IMG/VR virus record: IMGVR_UViG_3300033463_000040 | Location: 53,319-117,318 of that record | Strand: one strand, 5' to 3' | Length of the DNA: 64,000 bases | Origin: a virus | Lineage: Duplodnaviria; Heunggongvirae; Uroviricota; Caudoviricetes | Shown: piece by piece, positions 11,508-22,219 of the stretch | Layout: each line of letters opens with the position of its first letter | Numbering within the stretch: the first letter of the stretch is position 1 | Program-made: the position numbers and the translations under genes | Notes under the pieces: model-generated | Seen by the model: the letters and a program-made list of their open reading frames with translations, nothing else | What the model was told of the DNA's origin: nothing | Databases searched by the model: none

Positions 11508-11852
11508 CTATTGTTGATCTGACCATGTTCTTAAAGTAACTTTAGATCTATTTGTTACATCACTCCAAGATGCATTAGTACCATCTGTTACTAAGAATTT
11601 ACCTGCTTGACCTGTTTGACTTGGTAATGGAGATCCACCAGATGCAGGTTGTACATCTAGTTGTGTCCAAGAATATGTAGGTGTAGGATCACCATCTGAA
11701 ACACATTCATAGAAGTATCCATTTGTATAAGTACTAGTAGTAGTACCTACGAATTGTACTACTCTACCTAAATTATCAGCATTTGCCGTAGGCATTGTAG
11801 TAACTTGTATATCTTGTGTATATGCTGTTACATAACTATTTATAAGTGTCAT
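11508..11852 (-). CDS. truncated paralogue of the tail fibre N-terminal domain
   Basis: Aligns to residues ~45-150 of 7643-8761 (TMPTANA.N.GR.VQ..GTTTS.YT.GY.Y.C ... GKFL.TDGT.ASW), then ends. Confidence 0.45.
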   Translation of the reverse strand: MTLINSYVTAYTQDIQVTTMPTANADNLGRVVQFVGTTTSTYTNGYFYECVSDGDPTPTYSWTQLDVQPASGGSPLPSQTGQAGKFLVTDGTNASWSDVTNRSKVTLRTWSDQQ

Positions 11853-11868
11853 ATTTGTATACTCCTAT

Positions 11869-13929
11869 TTATCCTAAAATTACTACATTAACAGTAAGAT
11901 CATTTACAGGTATTGTATTGCAACTAAATGTTAAACTATTTAAATTTTGATTTGTACAAATCACCCCGGCTGTTGCATAATCCAATGAACTTGCGGGTGC
12001 TGGACTAATAAAGATAGCATTAGTAGAGGTTACTCCTTGTACTGTTACAGTTTGAGTATTTGTACTACTATCCCAAGCACCTGCACCAGTACCGCCTAAT
12101 AATACAGGAGCAGTAGTTGGAGACTTAATTAATTCTGTCCAAGATGTATATACACCATTTGTAGTTAATACTTTACCAGCATGACCAGATTGTGATGGTA
12201 ATGGATCAATGTTTCCCCATACTGCATTTAAATTATTATCTAATACTAAGCCTTGACCTGCACTAACACCACTCATACTTGCTAAACGAGCCTCTGGAAT
12301 TGTACCGTCTGCACTCATCAATTCAAAATTACCGTTTGCATTACCGACTTTAAATGTATTTGCATTAGCATTAGTTACATCTGCACCGTTTGCACCAACA
12401 CCTAATTGGATTGCATTAGTTGCAGTAGCTTTAGCACTCATACCAATAGCTGTAGCATAAGTATCAGTTGTTTGTGCATTATTACCAATAGCTGTACCAC
12501 GAGAACTTGCTGATGCAGCATATCCAACCGATGTACCTTTTGAACCGCTTTGTGCGTATTGACCAACAGCTGTAGCACCTTCTTGCGCACCATTTGCGGA
12601 AGCATTATCACCAATTACTAAATCACCAGTTTGAGAAGCTAATCTTTTATTAACTAATGCTTCACCCCAACTTGTTGTTGTCCCATCAGTTGTTAAGAAC
12701 TTACCGCTATTTCCAGATTGTGAAGGTAATACATCACCAGCTGTATTATTTAATAATGTCCAATTTGTTCCATCAAATTGATATGTATCATTTATTTTAA
12801 CTGTACCTGTTTCAACAGTAGAGGAAGCTACACCAGTTGTATAACTACTACCACTTGGTTTATAATTTGTAACACCAACAGTACTTACAATAAAATAATC
12901 ACCTGCTTTATATGTATATGGAGATTCCGGTGGATTTGTTCCGGCTAAACCAGTTGTACAATCCCAAGTTGACAAATAACGACCACGACCTTCAACTGAA
13001 GTTAAACGTTCATTTAAATCATGACCCATATTTGCAGACAAGGCAGAAGTAGTAGAAGTTGAACCATAATTATCTACAACTGTTACGCCCGGTTGTACAT
13101 TAAGCTGTACCCAACTATACACAGCTGTTGAAGCAACATAATCTACTTCAATTTCATCACCACCTACTGGAGTACCTGAATATACAATACCATAATTAAG
13201 TAGATTTACTTCATCAAAACCATCACTCCAATAATAGGAACCTTGTGTAACTGGAGAAGTAGTCCAACTAATATCATTTAAAGGTGTTTCAGCAAAACTA
13301 AAATAAGCTAACAATGTGTCTGGAAGCCAACTACCATTACCCATATTCCAAGTCAAACGTTCATCTGATGCATTATTAGGATAATAGGTAAAAATAGAAT
13401 TAGAATCATTAAGATTTTCTACTGTAAGATCTACTGTATAACCACACGCCGTAGCAAGTCCTGCAATAAATTCATCTACATTATTACAAGCAATTCCTAT
13501 TTCACCTGCTGTATCTACACAATTCATTGTACCAGGTATTACTACATATTCAAAATCAATTGTTTCATCACCAGAAGGGTGCACATAGTTTTCAAAAGTA
13601 GTAATATTAACCGCTAAATCACTTAAACTACTACCTATCGTTTGTGTTATAGTAACAGATGCCGGTGAACCACTTGTAATATTACATTTATAGAAATAAC
13701 CATTTGTGTAATCTTGATCAGTTAAACCTGCATATTGTATAATATTACCCAATTTAGCAGCTTCAGCATTAGGCATTTCTATCATTTGTTCTGCATAAAC
13801 TGCAGTTTCACCACCATCAATCAAATATAACTCTGTATCTGATTTTTCAGCTAAAGCATCATACTGTTCTTGAGTCATCTTGTTTATAACAAGACTTGCA
13901 ACTGCGGTATCTGTATATGTATTTGGCAT
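11869..13929 (-). CDS. large tail fibre protein
   Basis: N-terminus homologous to 7643-8761; three GKFLTTDGT/GKVLTTNG motifs; Gly/Ala-rich central repeats. Confidence 0.6.
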   Translation of the reverse strand: MPNTYTDTAVASLVINKMTQEQYDALAEKSDTELYLIDGGETAVYAEQMIEMPNAEAAKLGNIIQYAGLTDQDYTNGYFYKCNITSGSPASVTITQTIGSSLSDLAVNITTFENYVHPSGDETIDFEYVVIPGTMNCVDTAGEIGIACNNVDEFIAGLATACGYTVDLTVENLNDSNSIFTYYPNNASDERLTWNMGNGSWLPDTLLAYFSFAETPLNDISWTTSPVTQGSYYWSDGFDEVNLLNYGIVYSGTPVGGDEIEVDYVASTAVYSWVQLNVQPGVTVVDNYGSTSTTSALSANMGHDLNERLTSVEGRGRYLSTWDCTTGLAGTNPPESPYTYKAGDYFIVSTVGVTNYKPSGSSYTTGVASSTVETGTVKINDTYQFDGTNWTLLNNTAGDVLPSQSGNSGKFLTTDGTTTSWGEALVNKRLASQTGDLVIGDNASANGAQEGATAVGQYAQSGSKGTSVGYAASASSRGTAIGNNAQTTDTYATAIGMSAKATATNAIQLGVGANGADVTNANANTFKVGNANGNFELMSADGTIPEARLASMSGVSAGQGLVLDNNLNAVWGNIDPLPSQSGHAGKVLTTNGVYTSWTELIKSPTTAPVLLGGTGAGAWDSSTNTQTVTVQGVTSTNAIFISPAPASSLDYATAGVICTNQNLNSLTFSCNTIPVNDLTVNVVILG

Positions 13930-13992
13930 TTTCTACTTTCCTTCACTTTATTATTCTATAGTTAGAACTTGTTTTATTTTGTTTAATTTTCT

Positions 13993-16422
13993 TTAATAAC
14001 CTTGGACTTTTATTTCTTTTACATAGAAAGAATTTGTCCATTTAGTAGTACTACTATCTTGGCTAAATCCTATCTGTATATAATATGGACCACTACCTAA
14101 AAGTGATTCAATTTGACTTCTAGTAGCTGTTGCACTCCATTCTTGAATATTACAACCATTATGATTATCTGTATCTTTCATAAGTAATATACCTAAAGAA
14201 TCTTTCCAATATTTAACATTTGTACCATTTGCATTACCAGTGGTTGCTGGTATAGTACTTATTGTATTTCTTAAAGCAATATATCCAAAATCATAATTCT
14301 TTTCACTATCTGCATTAGCATATATAGTGAATATAAAATTATCTATATTATTTGGCATAGTAAATTCTATACCTTTAGCAGTTTCCCAGGCTTTTGCATA
14401 ACTGTCTTGATGTATTCTTATTACATCTTCATATTCACTCGTTGTATAATCTTGAAGATTTTCTATAGACCATTTATCACCTTCTGCAATTGCTGGAGTT
14501 AATAAATTAGAATCTGCAGCAGTAATAGTCATAATAGTTTCAACAGGTTGGAATGCAATATCGATTAATTCACCTGTAACAGGTGCTGGAATTATAGAAT
14601 AACTTTGTGGTAAATATCCCGCAGTAGATGTAGTAAAATCTCCTTCAACTAAGAAAGAATTTGGTGTAAAATATCCAAATGCACCACTAGTACTTTCTGT
14701 TATATCATATACATTTCCACATATAAGTGTCGTACCAGCTGTATTATAAACATTAAATAAAATTGAATTAACAAGCTGATTTGCTTGCCAATTTACAGTA
14801 ACTAAATTAGGATCTTGATCTGGAACACGTAAATCAAATTCCATATCAGAATTATCATTATTTACTGTTTTTATACATACTACTCCAGGTGTTGTAACTA
14901 TTGTACGTTTATTATATACATATATATTATCATCTTCGCCTAAATAAACAATAGATTGATAAAATTTATAACAAGACCGTTCAGAATCCCATTCTGATTG
15001 AAAATTATTAGAATAATTTTTACCTTTATATATAAAACCTATTCCATCTTGTGCAGGTTCATATGTATAAATTACTACATTAAAGGTAGGTAATGCAGGT
15101 TGATCAAATATTGCATTTATATTTTCACCTCCAGCTGCAGCAATAGCATCTAATATATCTTGATTATTAGCTAAGCTAGATGAAAAATGAACGTTTACAT
15201 TACCACAATTATAAAAAGCTTGATCTAAAAAGTTTATATTGAAATCACTTAATTTTGGAAAATATACATCTCTTAGAGATGTACAATTACCAAAAGCAAA
15301 ACGTAATCCATATGATTCTACTATATCAAGCATATTAAAATATATAGCTGGAGTATTACTACATCCATAAAAACCTAGATTTAATCCATTCTTACCAATT
15401 CTTTTTAATGAAGTAAATTCAAGAGGTCCCCATCTATCATATCCTTCATCATCATAATGTTTTAAACTAGTACAGTTTTTAAATATTCCAACTGCACCTA
15501 GCTCTTCAATATATTGTATATATTCTAAATCAATCGTCTCTAAAGAATAACAATTTTCAAATATACCATTAGTAGTTCCTGTCACGCTTGTCGGTGCAGT
15601 ACCACTAGTGTGATTGTCATATAATGTAAGATTATCCGCTTCTGATCCAAAATCAACGTGATTTAAGTTTGAACAACCTTTAAACATACCATAACAATTT
15701 TCAATATAACTTATATTATCTAAAGTTACACTAGTTAATTCTGGACAACTCATAAACATATTATATGCATTTTGTATATATTCTAAATGCTCAAAATTTA
15801 CTGTTTGTAAATTATAACAATAACTAAATGCATTTGCTGCGACTTGCGCTCCTGTTGATATTCGTTTTAATTTAGGCATAGATAATTCATAAATATCTCT
15901 GGTATATTGAAAAGCTTGAGATATTGCATAAGCACCTGTAATTTCTTGTAAATTATCAAAGCGTAGTCTTACAGGTACTCCTGAAGTATTATTATGAAAA
16001 TACTGAAAAGCTCCTTCTAATGGCCCATAATTAGTAGTTCCTGTATTTGCTATAGTAACTACATTTGAAAAATCAATATCTGAAATATTATAACAACCAG
16101 GTGTACTAGAATTGCTTCTAAATGCATAAGTTAAACATTTATCCCCGGTAATACTTGTTAAAGAAGATAAATTAATTTTCCTAATACTAGGATCAGTTAT
16201 CTTATCATATACACTATAAAATACTTCTGTACCTAAATCAGTAACACCTGTCATATCAAAATCTGGCCAAATAGATGAAGCTAGCTCTTCATATGAAGGA
16301 CCTACTACTAAAACGCCATTTTCATCTGCATGATATACCTGTTTTGTACCACTTATATGTGTAGGTACATTAAGATTTTTAATTAAAGTCTGTACAGAAT
16401 CATCATTTATTAATTTAGCCAT
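13993..16422 (-). CDS. large BspA-type LRR protein (tail fibre / RBP)
   Basis: N-terminus MAKLI shared with 16424-19000; LRR units with CxxLxxI pattern. Confidence 0.55.
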   Translation of the reverse strand: MAKLINDDSVQTLIKNLNVPTHISGTKQVYHADENGVLVVGPSYEELASSIWPDFDMTGVTDLGTEVFYSVYDKITDPSIRKINLSSLTSITGDKCLTYAFRSNSSTPGCYNISDIDFSNVVTIANTGTTNYGPLEGAFQYFHNNTSGVPVRLRFDNLQEITGAYAISQAFQYTRDIYELSMPKLKRISTGAQVAANAFSYCYNLQTVNFEHLEYIQNAYNMFMSCPELTSVTLDNISYIENCYGMFKGCSNLNHVDFGSEADNLTLYDNHTSGTAPTSVTGTTNGIFENCYSLETIDLEYIQYIEELGAVGIFKNCTSLKHYDDEGYDRWGPLEFTSLKRIGKNGLNLGFYGCSNTPAIYFNMLDIVESYGLRFAFGNCTSLRDVYFPKLSDFNINFLDQAFYNCGNVNVHFSSSLANNQDILDAIAAAGGENINAIFDQPALPTFNVVIYTYEPAQDGIGFIYKGKNYSNNFQSEWDSERSCYKFYQSIVYLGEDDNIYVYNKRTIVTTPGVVCIKTVNNDNSDMEFDLRVPDQDPNLVTVNWQANQLVNSILFNVYNTAGTTLICGNVYDITESTSGAFGYFTPNSFLVEGDFTTSTAGYLPQSYSIIPAPVTGELIDIAFQPVETIMTITAADSNLLTPAIAEGDKWSIENLQDYTTSEYEDVIRIHQDSYAKAWETAKGIEFTMPNNIDNFIFTIYANADSEKNYDFGYIALRNTISTIPATTGNANGTNVKYWKDSLGILLMKDTDNHNGCNIQEWSATATRSQIESLLGSGPYYIQIGFSQDSSTTKWTNSFYVKEIKVQGY

Positions 16423-16423
16423 C

Positions 16424-19000
16424 TTAATCTTCCCTTATTAAAATATTTTTTATATAAAGTTGTATCGACGCTGGATCTTGTACATTAGAAGCATTACATT
16501 GACCAATTTGTAGCCATAATGGATCACCCTCTACCCAACCTTGTAATAATAAAGCTTCTTTAGTTATACAAAATGAATGTGACATGCCTACATACTTTCC
16601 TTCACCCGGAACATCAGGAGACCATATTTCCCCATTACTAACAGTACCAGCAAATTGAGAATCTAAAATTGCAGTCGAATGATAGAATAAATTTGACCAC
16701 TGTAATTGAACAACTTCATTGTATGTATAATTTCTATTAGGTTCTTTTACTAAACCCATATAAACTAAAGCATCATCTAATTCTGGATAATGTTCAAATC
16801 TACTATCAATGTCTATTTGTAATTTTGTACCATGTTTAAATAAATTATCAGAAATACAATTAGACAAATTTACTGATCTAAAACTCGAATTTATACTTCC
16901 ATCAGTACAACAGAATTTAGCTAACATTACAGGCGTGCTAGCCCCTTCAATTCTTTCTGCAAGTGACCACCATTCGCCTGCTTCGCTAGGTGAAAATGTT
17001 GTAACTACTATAAAATCATTAGCGGTCCAATCTGAATGAATTGTATATTCAGGAAAATTAAGTAAAAGAGGTTGAGGAGTTTTAACACTATATGCGTATG
17101 GATAAGACTCTAAATACTCATAGTTATACGTATCTCTTGGACTCAAATTATAATATATATATAAATCAGAATCATTTGTTGTATGACCAACATAAAATGT
17201 ACGATAATTATTAGTAGCAGGATGACCATCATATGCTATTATTCTATCAGTACCTAAGTTAGGCCCAACCATAAATCCACCTTGACCATGTACAATATCT
17301 TCATTGCCTACTTCAATACTTATACATTTTAAATCAAAAGGTCTTGTTGCCGCACGTAAATCTACTTCTATATTATTTTCCCAAGGAGTACCTTTTTCAT
17401 GAGGTAATTTTATAGTAATAAAAGCTTCTTCTAATCTATACATACTATAATTTGTTTTATCAGTTTTATGTATATATAATTCTGTTTGCTCAGTTAACTT
17501 ATCCTTAAATATTTCAATTGTACTTACTCCACAACCTAAATTATCATCATATACGATATCAACATTACTTGATTCTTCATAAAAATCAGTTTCTCTATTA
17601 TATATAATAGTCTTACAAAATGTATTTGTAGTAGTATAACTTCTTTTAACAAAATCTGCTAAAATTGTAACCTTTACTTTTTCTAATTCAGGTAAATCAA
17701 ATAAAAGTGAAGTATTTGTTCCACTTACCCTAGCTAATAAATTTTCAATAAACCAATCTCCATATTTATTTATAAGTAGTGGATATAAATCTTTAGAAAA
17801 ATGTATTTTTACATCTGTACAATCTTCAACTAAACCTTCAACAGCAGGAGCATCTATATCACCTAATTTAGGAAAATATATATCTGTTAAACTTGTACAT
17901 CCTCTAAATGCTAAATATAATGCTTGATTATCCTTTAATAACATCAAACTATCAAAACTTATAGAAGTTAAAGATGTACAATATTGAAATATTTCCCAAC
18001 CACCTGCCGGTCCAATTTCTTTAAGGTTAGCTAAACTAACATGCTGTAAATTAGAGCATTGTTTAAACGCACAACAAGCTCCTCTTTCATCTATTTTTAT
18101 TACGCTATCTAAATTAATAGAGGTTAAACCTGTACAATTATAAAATAAGCCATTTGTTGCATTAATACCCTCATGACTAGGTCCTAAAATCAAATCTGAA
18201 GTACCAAGAACAACTTCGGTTAAATTTGCGCAGTTTTTAAACATATCATTAGAATTTTCTATTTGCTTTAAAGCTGGCATATATATTTTTTGAATTCCAG
18301 AAGCATTTCCTCCACCAAAGAGACCCGTAGTACCTTCAATTCTTTTTAAGCTTTCAAATCTAGCTTCTATTAAATCTTTTGTGTTACTAAACATATAATA
18401 TGCTGCATTGCCTGTTCCGTCTGTTGTTATTTCTTTTAATTTAGGAAAATCCACATAATATAAATCCTTACATCCATAAAAAGTATACCAACAAGTATAT
18501 TTACCTTTTATTTTTTCTAAGGAATTAAAGTTTATAGTTATTGGTTTTCCATAAGTAGTCGTACGTAACTGATAAAAAGTATAATTTAAAGTACCATTCG
18601 CATTACCAGTAGCCCCTTCTACATTTATTTCTTTTAAATTTGAAAAATCAATTTCAGTTACATTTGGATATTGACCTGTATAAAATGCATCATATAAAAC
18701 ATTTTTATTAGTAAGACTAGTCAAAGAAGAAAAATCTATCTTTGTAAGAGCATCTCGCTGATTCGCTGTCCAATTTTTTGCCGCATCTTTAAATACACCT
18801 TCACCTAAATTGGTAACTCCTTCCATATCACCAGGTTTGGGCCAAATAGATAAAAGTTCTTCTGTTGAAGTAGTTCTTTTACACAACTTACCTTCTACTA
18901 CTTCATAGTTTGAAGAGATTTCACTAAAAGGCAAAGGAACTTTTTGCTCTAAAATTTTAGCTGGGATTGGATTAGACTCACCGATTATAAGTTTAGCCAT
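16424..19000 (-). CDS. large BspA-type LRR protein (tail fibre / RBP)
   Basis: N-terminal LRR half with an internal SLLFDLPELEKV junction, then a distinct C-terminal domain. Confidence 0.55.
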   Translation of the reverse strand: MAKLIIGESNPIPAKILEQKVPLPFSEISSNYEVVEGKLCKRTTSTEELLSIWPKPGDMEGVTNLGEGVFKDAAKNWTANQRDALTKIDFSSLTSLTNKNVLYDAFYTGQYPNVTEIDFSNLKEINVEGATGNANGTLNYTFYQLRTTTYGKPITINFNSLEKIKGKYTCWYTFYGCKDLYYVDFPKLKEITTDGTGNAAYYMFSNTKDLIEARFESLKRIEGTTGLFGGGNASGIQKIYMPALKQIENSNDMFKNCANLTEVVLGTSDLILGPSHEGINATNGLFYNCTGLTSINLDSVIKIDERGACCAFKQCSNLQHVSLANLKEIGPAGGWEIFQYCTSLTSISFDSLMLLKDNQALYLAFRGCTSLTDIYFPKLGDIDAPAVEGLVEDCTDVKIHFSKDLYPLLINKYGDWFIENLLARVSGTNTSLLFDLPELEKVKVTILADFVKRSYTTTNTFCKTIIYNRETDFYEESSNVDIVYDDNLGCGVSTIEIFKDKLTEQTELYIHKTDKTNYSMYRLEEAFITIKLPHEKGTPWENNIEVDLRAATRPFDLKCISIEVGNEDIVHGQGGFMVGPNLGTDRIIAYDGHPATNNYRTFYVGHTTNDSDLYIYYNLSPRDTYNYEYLESYPYAYSVKTPQPLLLNFPEYTIHSDWTANDFIVVTTFSPSEAGEWWSLAERIEGASTPVMLAKFCCTDGSINSSFRSVNLSNCISDNLFKHGTKLQIDIDSRFEHYPELDDALVYMGLVKEPNRNYTYNEVVQLQWSNLFYHSTAILDSQFAGTVSNGEIWSPDVPGEGKYVGMSHSFCITKEALLLQGWVEGDPLWLQIGQCNASNVQDPASIQLYIKNILIRED

Positions 19001-19028
19001 ATTTAATACTCTTTATTTTTGTATTTTA

Positions 19029-20075
19029 TTAATTATTAGGAGTTGTAGTCCATTTTCTAAATACAACTTTATTTGTTAGTTGATTTTGGATATTGCTTGA
19101 AACGCCATCTAAATAATTAATTTCATTAGTTGTTACTGTTACACCATGTAATTTATTAACTTCTGAAGTTGTAGCCGTAACATCACTAATATTTGACAGA
19201 GCTAATCCAGACCAAGAAGCAGCTGTACCGTTAGTTGTTAAAAATTTACCCAATTGACTAGTTTGCGCAGGTAAAGCATCTACTTCTGTCCAACTTGCTG
19301 TAGTACCATCGGTTGTTAAATATTTACCTGATTGACCAGATTGTGAAGGCAAAGCATCAACAGTAGACCATGACATACTACTGCCATTAGTTGTTAAGTA
19401 CTTACCCGATTGACCAGTTTGACTTGGTAATTCAGGTTGAAAGCCAATCCAACCACTTACTGATCCACCTTGATTCCAATATGTATATTGCCATTTATAT
19501 GGAGCACGATTACCGCTTGTCATTTCAAGTAAAATAACTTTATTTGAAGCACTTGAGCCTTTCATGATTTTAACGGTAACTTCTGCATTTACCATCTCTG
19601 CTGGTAAATCATTCCATCTAACTTCACCTAAATACATTTTACCTTCTATAGCAGTAGAATCTCCAGCTACAACATCACAAAAAGCTTTAGTTGTAGTAGC
19701 AGAAGTTGTTGGCCAACTAGAAGGAAAATTTAAATAAGATGCAATTTCTAAATTACCTGAACCTAAAACATTACTACCGTTAATTGTTTTAATATTAGTA
19801 CCAGATACTAATGTTTCTTGAACAACAACATCACCTGTTTGGTTATTAACAGTAGTTACTTGACCTTTTGTATCTGTATCAACCCAAGCTATGGTATCTT
19901 CATCCCATACCCACACAGTATCTGTTGAGCCTAAAATAGCATAATCACCAGATGTGCCAACCGGATGGGCAGTTTCTAAAGCATTTAGATCTACATACCA
20001 ACCTAAATTATGTGGATCAGAACCGCCGCCACCAAATCCATTAAAAATTAAACCTTGACCTAATACTAAACTCAT
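19029..20075 (-). CDS. tail fibre protein with a triple 22-aa repeat
   Basis: Three consecutive LPSQ.GQSGK(Y/F)LTT(N/D)G..ASW(S/T) repeats near the C-terminus. Confidence 0.55.
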   Translation of the reverse strand: MSLVLGQGLIFNGFGGGGSDPHNLGWYVDLNALETAHPVGTSGDYAILGSTDTVWVWDEDTIAWVDTDTKGQVTTVNNQTGDVVVQETLVSGTNIKTINGSNVLGSGNLEIASYLNFPSSWPTTSATTTKAFCDVVAGDSTAIEGKMYLGEVRWNDLPAEMVNAEVTVKIMKGSSASNKVILLEMTSGNRAPYKWQYTYWNQGGSVSGWIGFQPELPSQTGQSGKYLTTNGSSMSWSTVDALPSQSGQSGKYLTTDGTTASWTEVDALPAQTSQLGKFLTTNGTAASWSGLALSNISDVTATTSEVNKLHGVTVTTNEINYLDGVSSNIQNQLTNKVVFRKWTTTPNN

Positions 20076-20096
20076 CGTATTGTCTCCTTCCTATAA

Positions 20097-20390
20097 TTAT
20101 TTTGGTTCGATACGTTGATCTACACCCATTTTAATCCAAACTTCTGTAGCACTACCGTCAAAACCAATCCATTCACACAAACCTGTTAATGTATGAATTC
20201 CTTCCTCTAAAGTATCACCAGTTGCTACCAATTCAGAAAAAGCTGGAACAATTAATTTACCCTTTGTATCATATTCAGTAATATTAGATCCTTTTAAAGT
20301 TACAGAACCACCGATTACTTGAATAACACCACTTCCAATAGCTGGAGATTGACAATGATATGTTTTGTTTAATTCTACTTTTGTTGCCAT
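20097..20390 (-). CDS. hypothetical protein (possible fibre accessory/chaperone)
   Basis: ORF at the 5' end of the fibre operon. Confidence 0.45.
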   Translation of the reverse strand: MATKVELNKTYHCQSPAIGSGVIQVIGGSVTLKGSNITEYDTKGKLIVPAFSELVATGDTLEEGIHTLTGLCEWIGFDGSATEVWIKMGVDQRIEPK

Positions 20391-20411
20391 TTTATCTTTC
20401 CTTTCTAATAT

Positions 20412-20455
20412 AAAAAAAAATTCTTATATCATGTAGTATAGATATAAGAATTCTT
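20412..20455 (-). terminator. rho-independent terminator (12-bp stem aattcttatatc/gatataagaatt plus T9)
   Basis: Read directly; lies between the small-gene operon and the fibre module. Confidence 0.6.
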
Positions 20456-20569
20456 TCCTTATAAATGCAGTTTTCTATTTAAATAAGAATATTGCGTTTC
20501 TATACTACCAATATTACATTAAATAGAACTTTATAAATAATATATGACCGAATTACTTAAATTAATTTT

Positions 20570-20770
20570 TTATCTATTATTTTGAATAAATCCAATTACT
20601 CTATAAGGAGGTTTAGGAGTATTAGTTTTTTCTATATAAACACCAACCTGATGATTATTTTTCTTATCTAAACGAATACCTTCATATTTATTTTTAGATA
20701 ATTCTTTTATAATGTATAAAGCATATTTATCACTTTCCATAATAGCTTTCATGGTAGTTAAATCATACAT
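20570..20770 (-). CDS. hypothetical protein
   Basis: ORF. Confidence 0.4.
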   Translation of the reverse strand: MYDLTTMKAIMESDKYALYIIKELSKNKYEGIRLDKKNNHQVGVYIEKTNTPKPPYRVIGFIQNNR

Positions 20771-20784
20771 GTTATAACTCTTCC

Positions 20785-21000
20785 TTATTTATGCTTACTT
20801 AAATCTTGCAAGTAACTATTTTTATATTGATTAAACTTAGTTATATATGTAGCACAAGCAAGTGTAGGATTATCAAATTGTAATACACAAACTTTGCCAT
20901 CTTTTTTATATGACAAAATCCACTTTTTTAAACCTGAATCAAAATGAGGAGGCCAAATCATACCTTCAGCATATTTAGATGCCGATATACCATTATTCAT
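20785..21000 (-). CDS. hypothetical protein
   Basis: ORF. Confidence 0.4.
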   Translation of the reverse strand: MNNGISASKYAEGMIWPPHFDSGLKKWILSYKKDGKVCVLQFDNPTLACATYITKFNQYKNSYLQDLSKHK

Positions 21001-21013
21001 AATTACCTACTTT

Positions 21014-21427
21014 TTATCTTTGTCTTTCTTTTACAACTGTATTTGTAATAGTAGCTTTTTTAGCATTACTACTTAAATACTTATTATATACTCCATAACT
21101 TAATAGTGCAATAGAAGCAGCTAATGATAGATAAAGAAGAGTTTTTCCAAAAGATGTTCTGCGTAAACTTTTTGCTTCAGCTTTTACTTTTCTAAGTTTG
21201 GCTCTAAATAATTCATATGTTACTATATTACCATTACCATCATAAATAGCTCCTGGAATATAATCTTCTAACATTACAGTTGAATTATTTTGTGTATCTT
21301 CTTCGTTTCCTTCTTCTTTAGGTTCTACTTCTTCTTCCACTGTGTTTAAATTTTTCATTGGCTCTAGATCCTCTTCACCATTAAACCGAAAGCCAATTCT
21401 TTTTCTTTTAGGTTGTGGATCAGGCAT
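21014..21427 (-). CDS. hypothetical protein, acidic N-terminus, C-terminal transmembrane helix
   Basis: ORF with a hydrophobic LLYLSLAASIALLSYGVY segment. Confidence 0.45.
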   Translation of the reverse strand: MPDPQPKRKRIGFRFNGEEDLEPMKNLNTVEEEVEPKEEGNEEDTQNNSTVMLEDYIPGAIYDGNGNIVTYELFRAKLRKVKAEAKSLRRTSFGKTLLYLSLAASIALLSYGVYNKYLSSNAKKATITNTVVKERQR

Positions 21428-21428
21428 A

Positions 21429-21662
21429 TTACTTACACCTTTTTCTATATTTTCGATGTAAAGTAGAAAAGATTTTCATGCGGAGATTTATATCATCTAT
21501 TGCTAATTTAAGTTGATCGACATTTTCCCCTGTTACAGTTACATAACCTTCTCCCACATAATCCGACTCTGCCCAGTAGTGTTCTTGCCCTACACCATCA
21601 ACGAGTTTATACATGTGATAATTATTATGCCAACCAACAGATTCTTTTTGCATTTTTGACAT
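21429..21662 (-). CDS. hypothetical protein
   Basis: ORF. Confidence 0.4.
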   Translation of the reverse strand: MSKMQKESVGWHNNYHMYKLVDGVGQEHYWAESDYVGEGYVTVTGENVDQLKLAIDDINLRMKIFSTLHRKYRKRCK

Positions 21663-21853
21663 AAAAAATACCCCGATAAAAATCCTATATTTAATAGAAC
21701 TTTAGTCGAGGTTTTCTTCTTGAAAGCAATGAATTAAGGGTTATTGAAGAGCAAAAATAATTGGTTAAATACGACAATAACCCTTAAACTGGCAAGGTCT
21801 TTGGAATTTAATCCAGAAAGCATTGACACCAACTTTCAAGACCTTATAAATCT

Positions 21854-21930
<77 letters not shown>

Positions 21931-22061
21931 ATAAACTACCTACTTGCTGTACTTACTACGATGGTAACTGGGAAATCTAGTATGGCAGCAAGTAGATATT
22001 ATATATTATATACATTTATTTTTATTTGTAAATACTTTTTTTAACTAAATTTCCAAAATAA

Positions 22062-22135
22062 TGGCAGGTCATGATGGAATCAAACCACCGACTAAGATTT
22101 TGGAGATCTTTGTTTTATCACTAAACTAATGACCT
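22062..22135 (-). tRNA. tRNA-Trp (CCA)
   Basis: Cloverleaf with anticodon loop CTCCAAA; acceptor AGGTCAT/ATGACCT; ends GCCA. Confidence 0.75.
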
Positions 22136-22140
22136 AGATT

Positions 22141-22214
22141 TGGAGGCCAGGACCGGAATCAAACCGATGTACAAGGATTTGCAGTCCTCTGCATAATCAT
22201 TCTGCCACCTGGCC
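22141..22214 (-). tRNA. tRNA-Cys (GCA)
   Basis: Anticodon loop CTGCAAA; acceptor GGCCAGG/CCTGGCC; 3-bp D-stem. Confidence 0.65.
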
Positions 22215-22219
22215 AAGAT

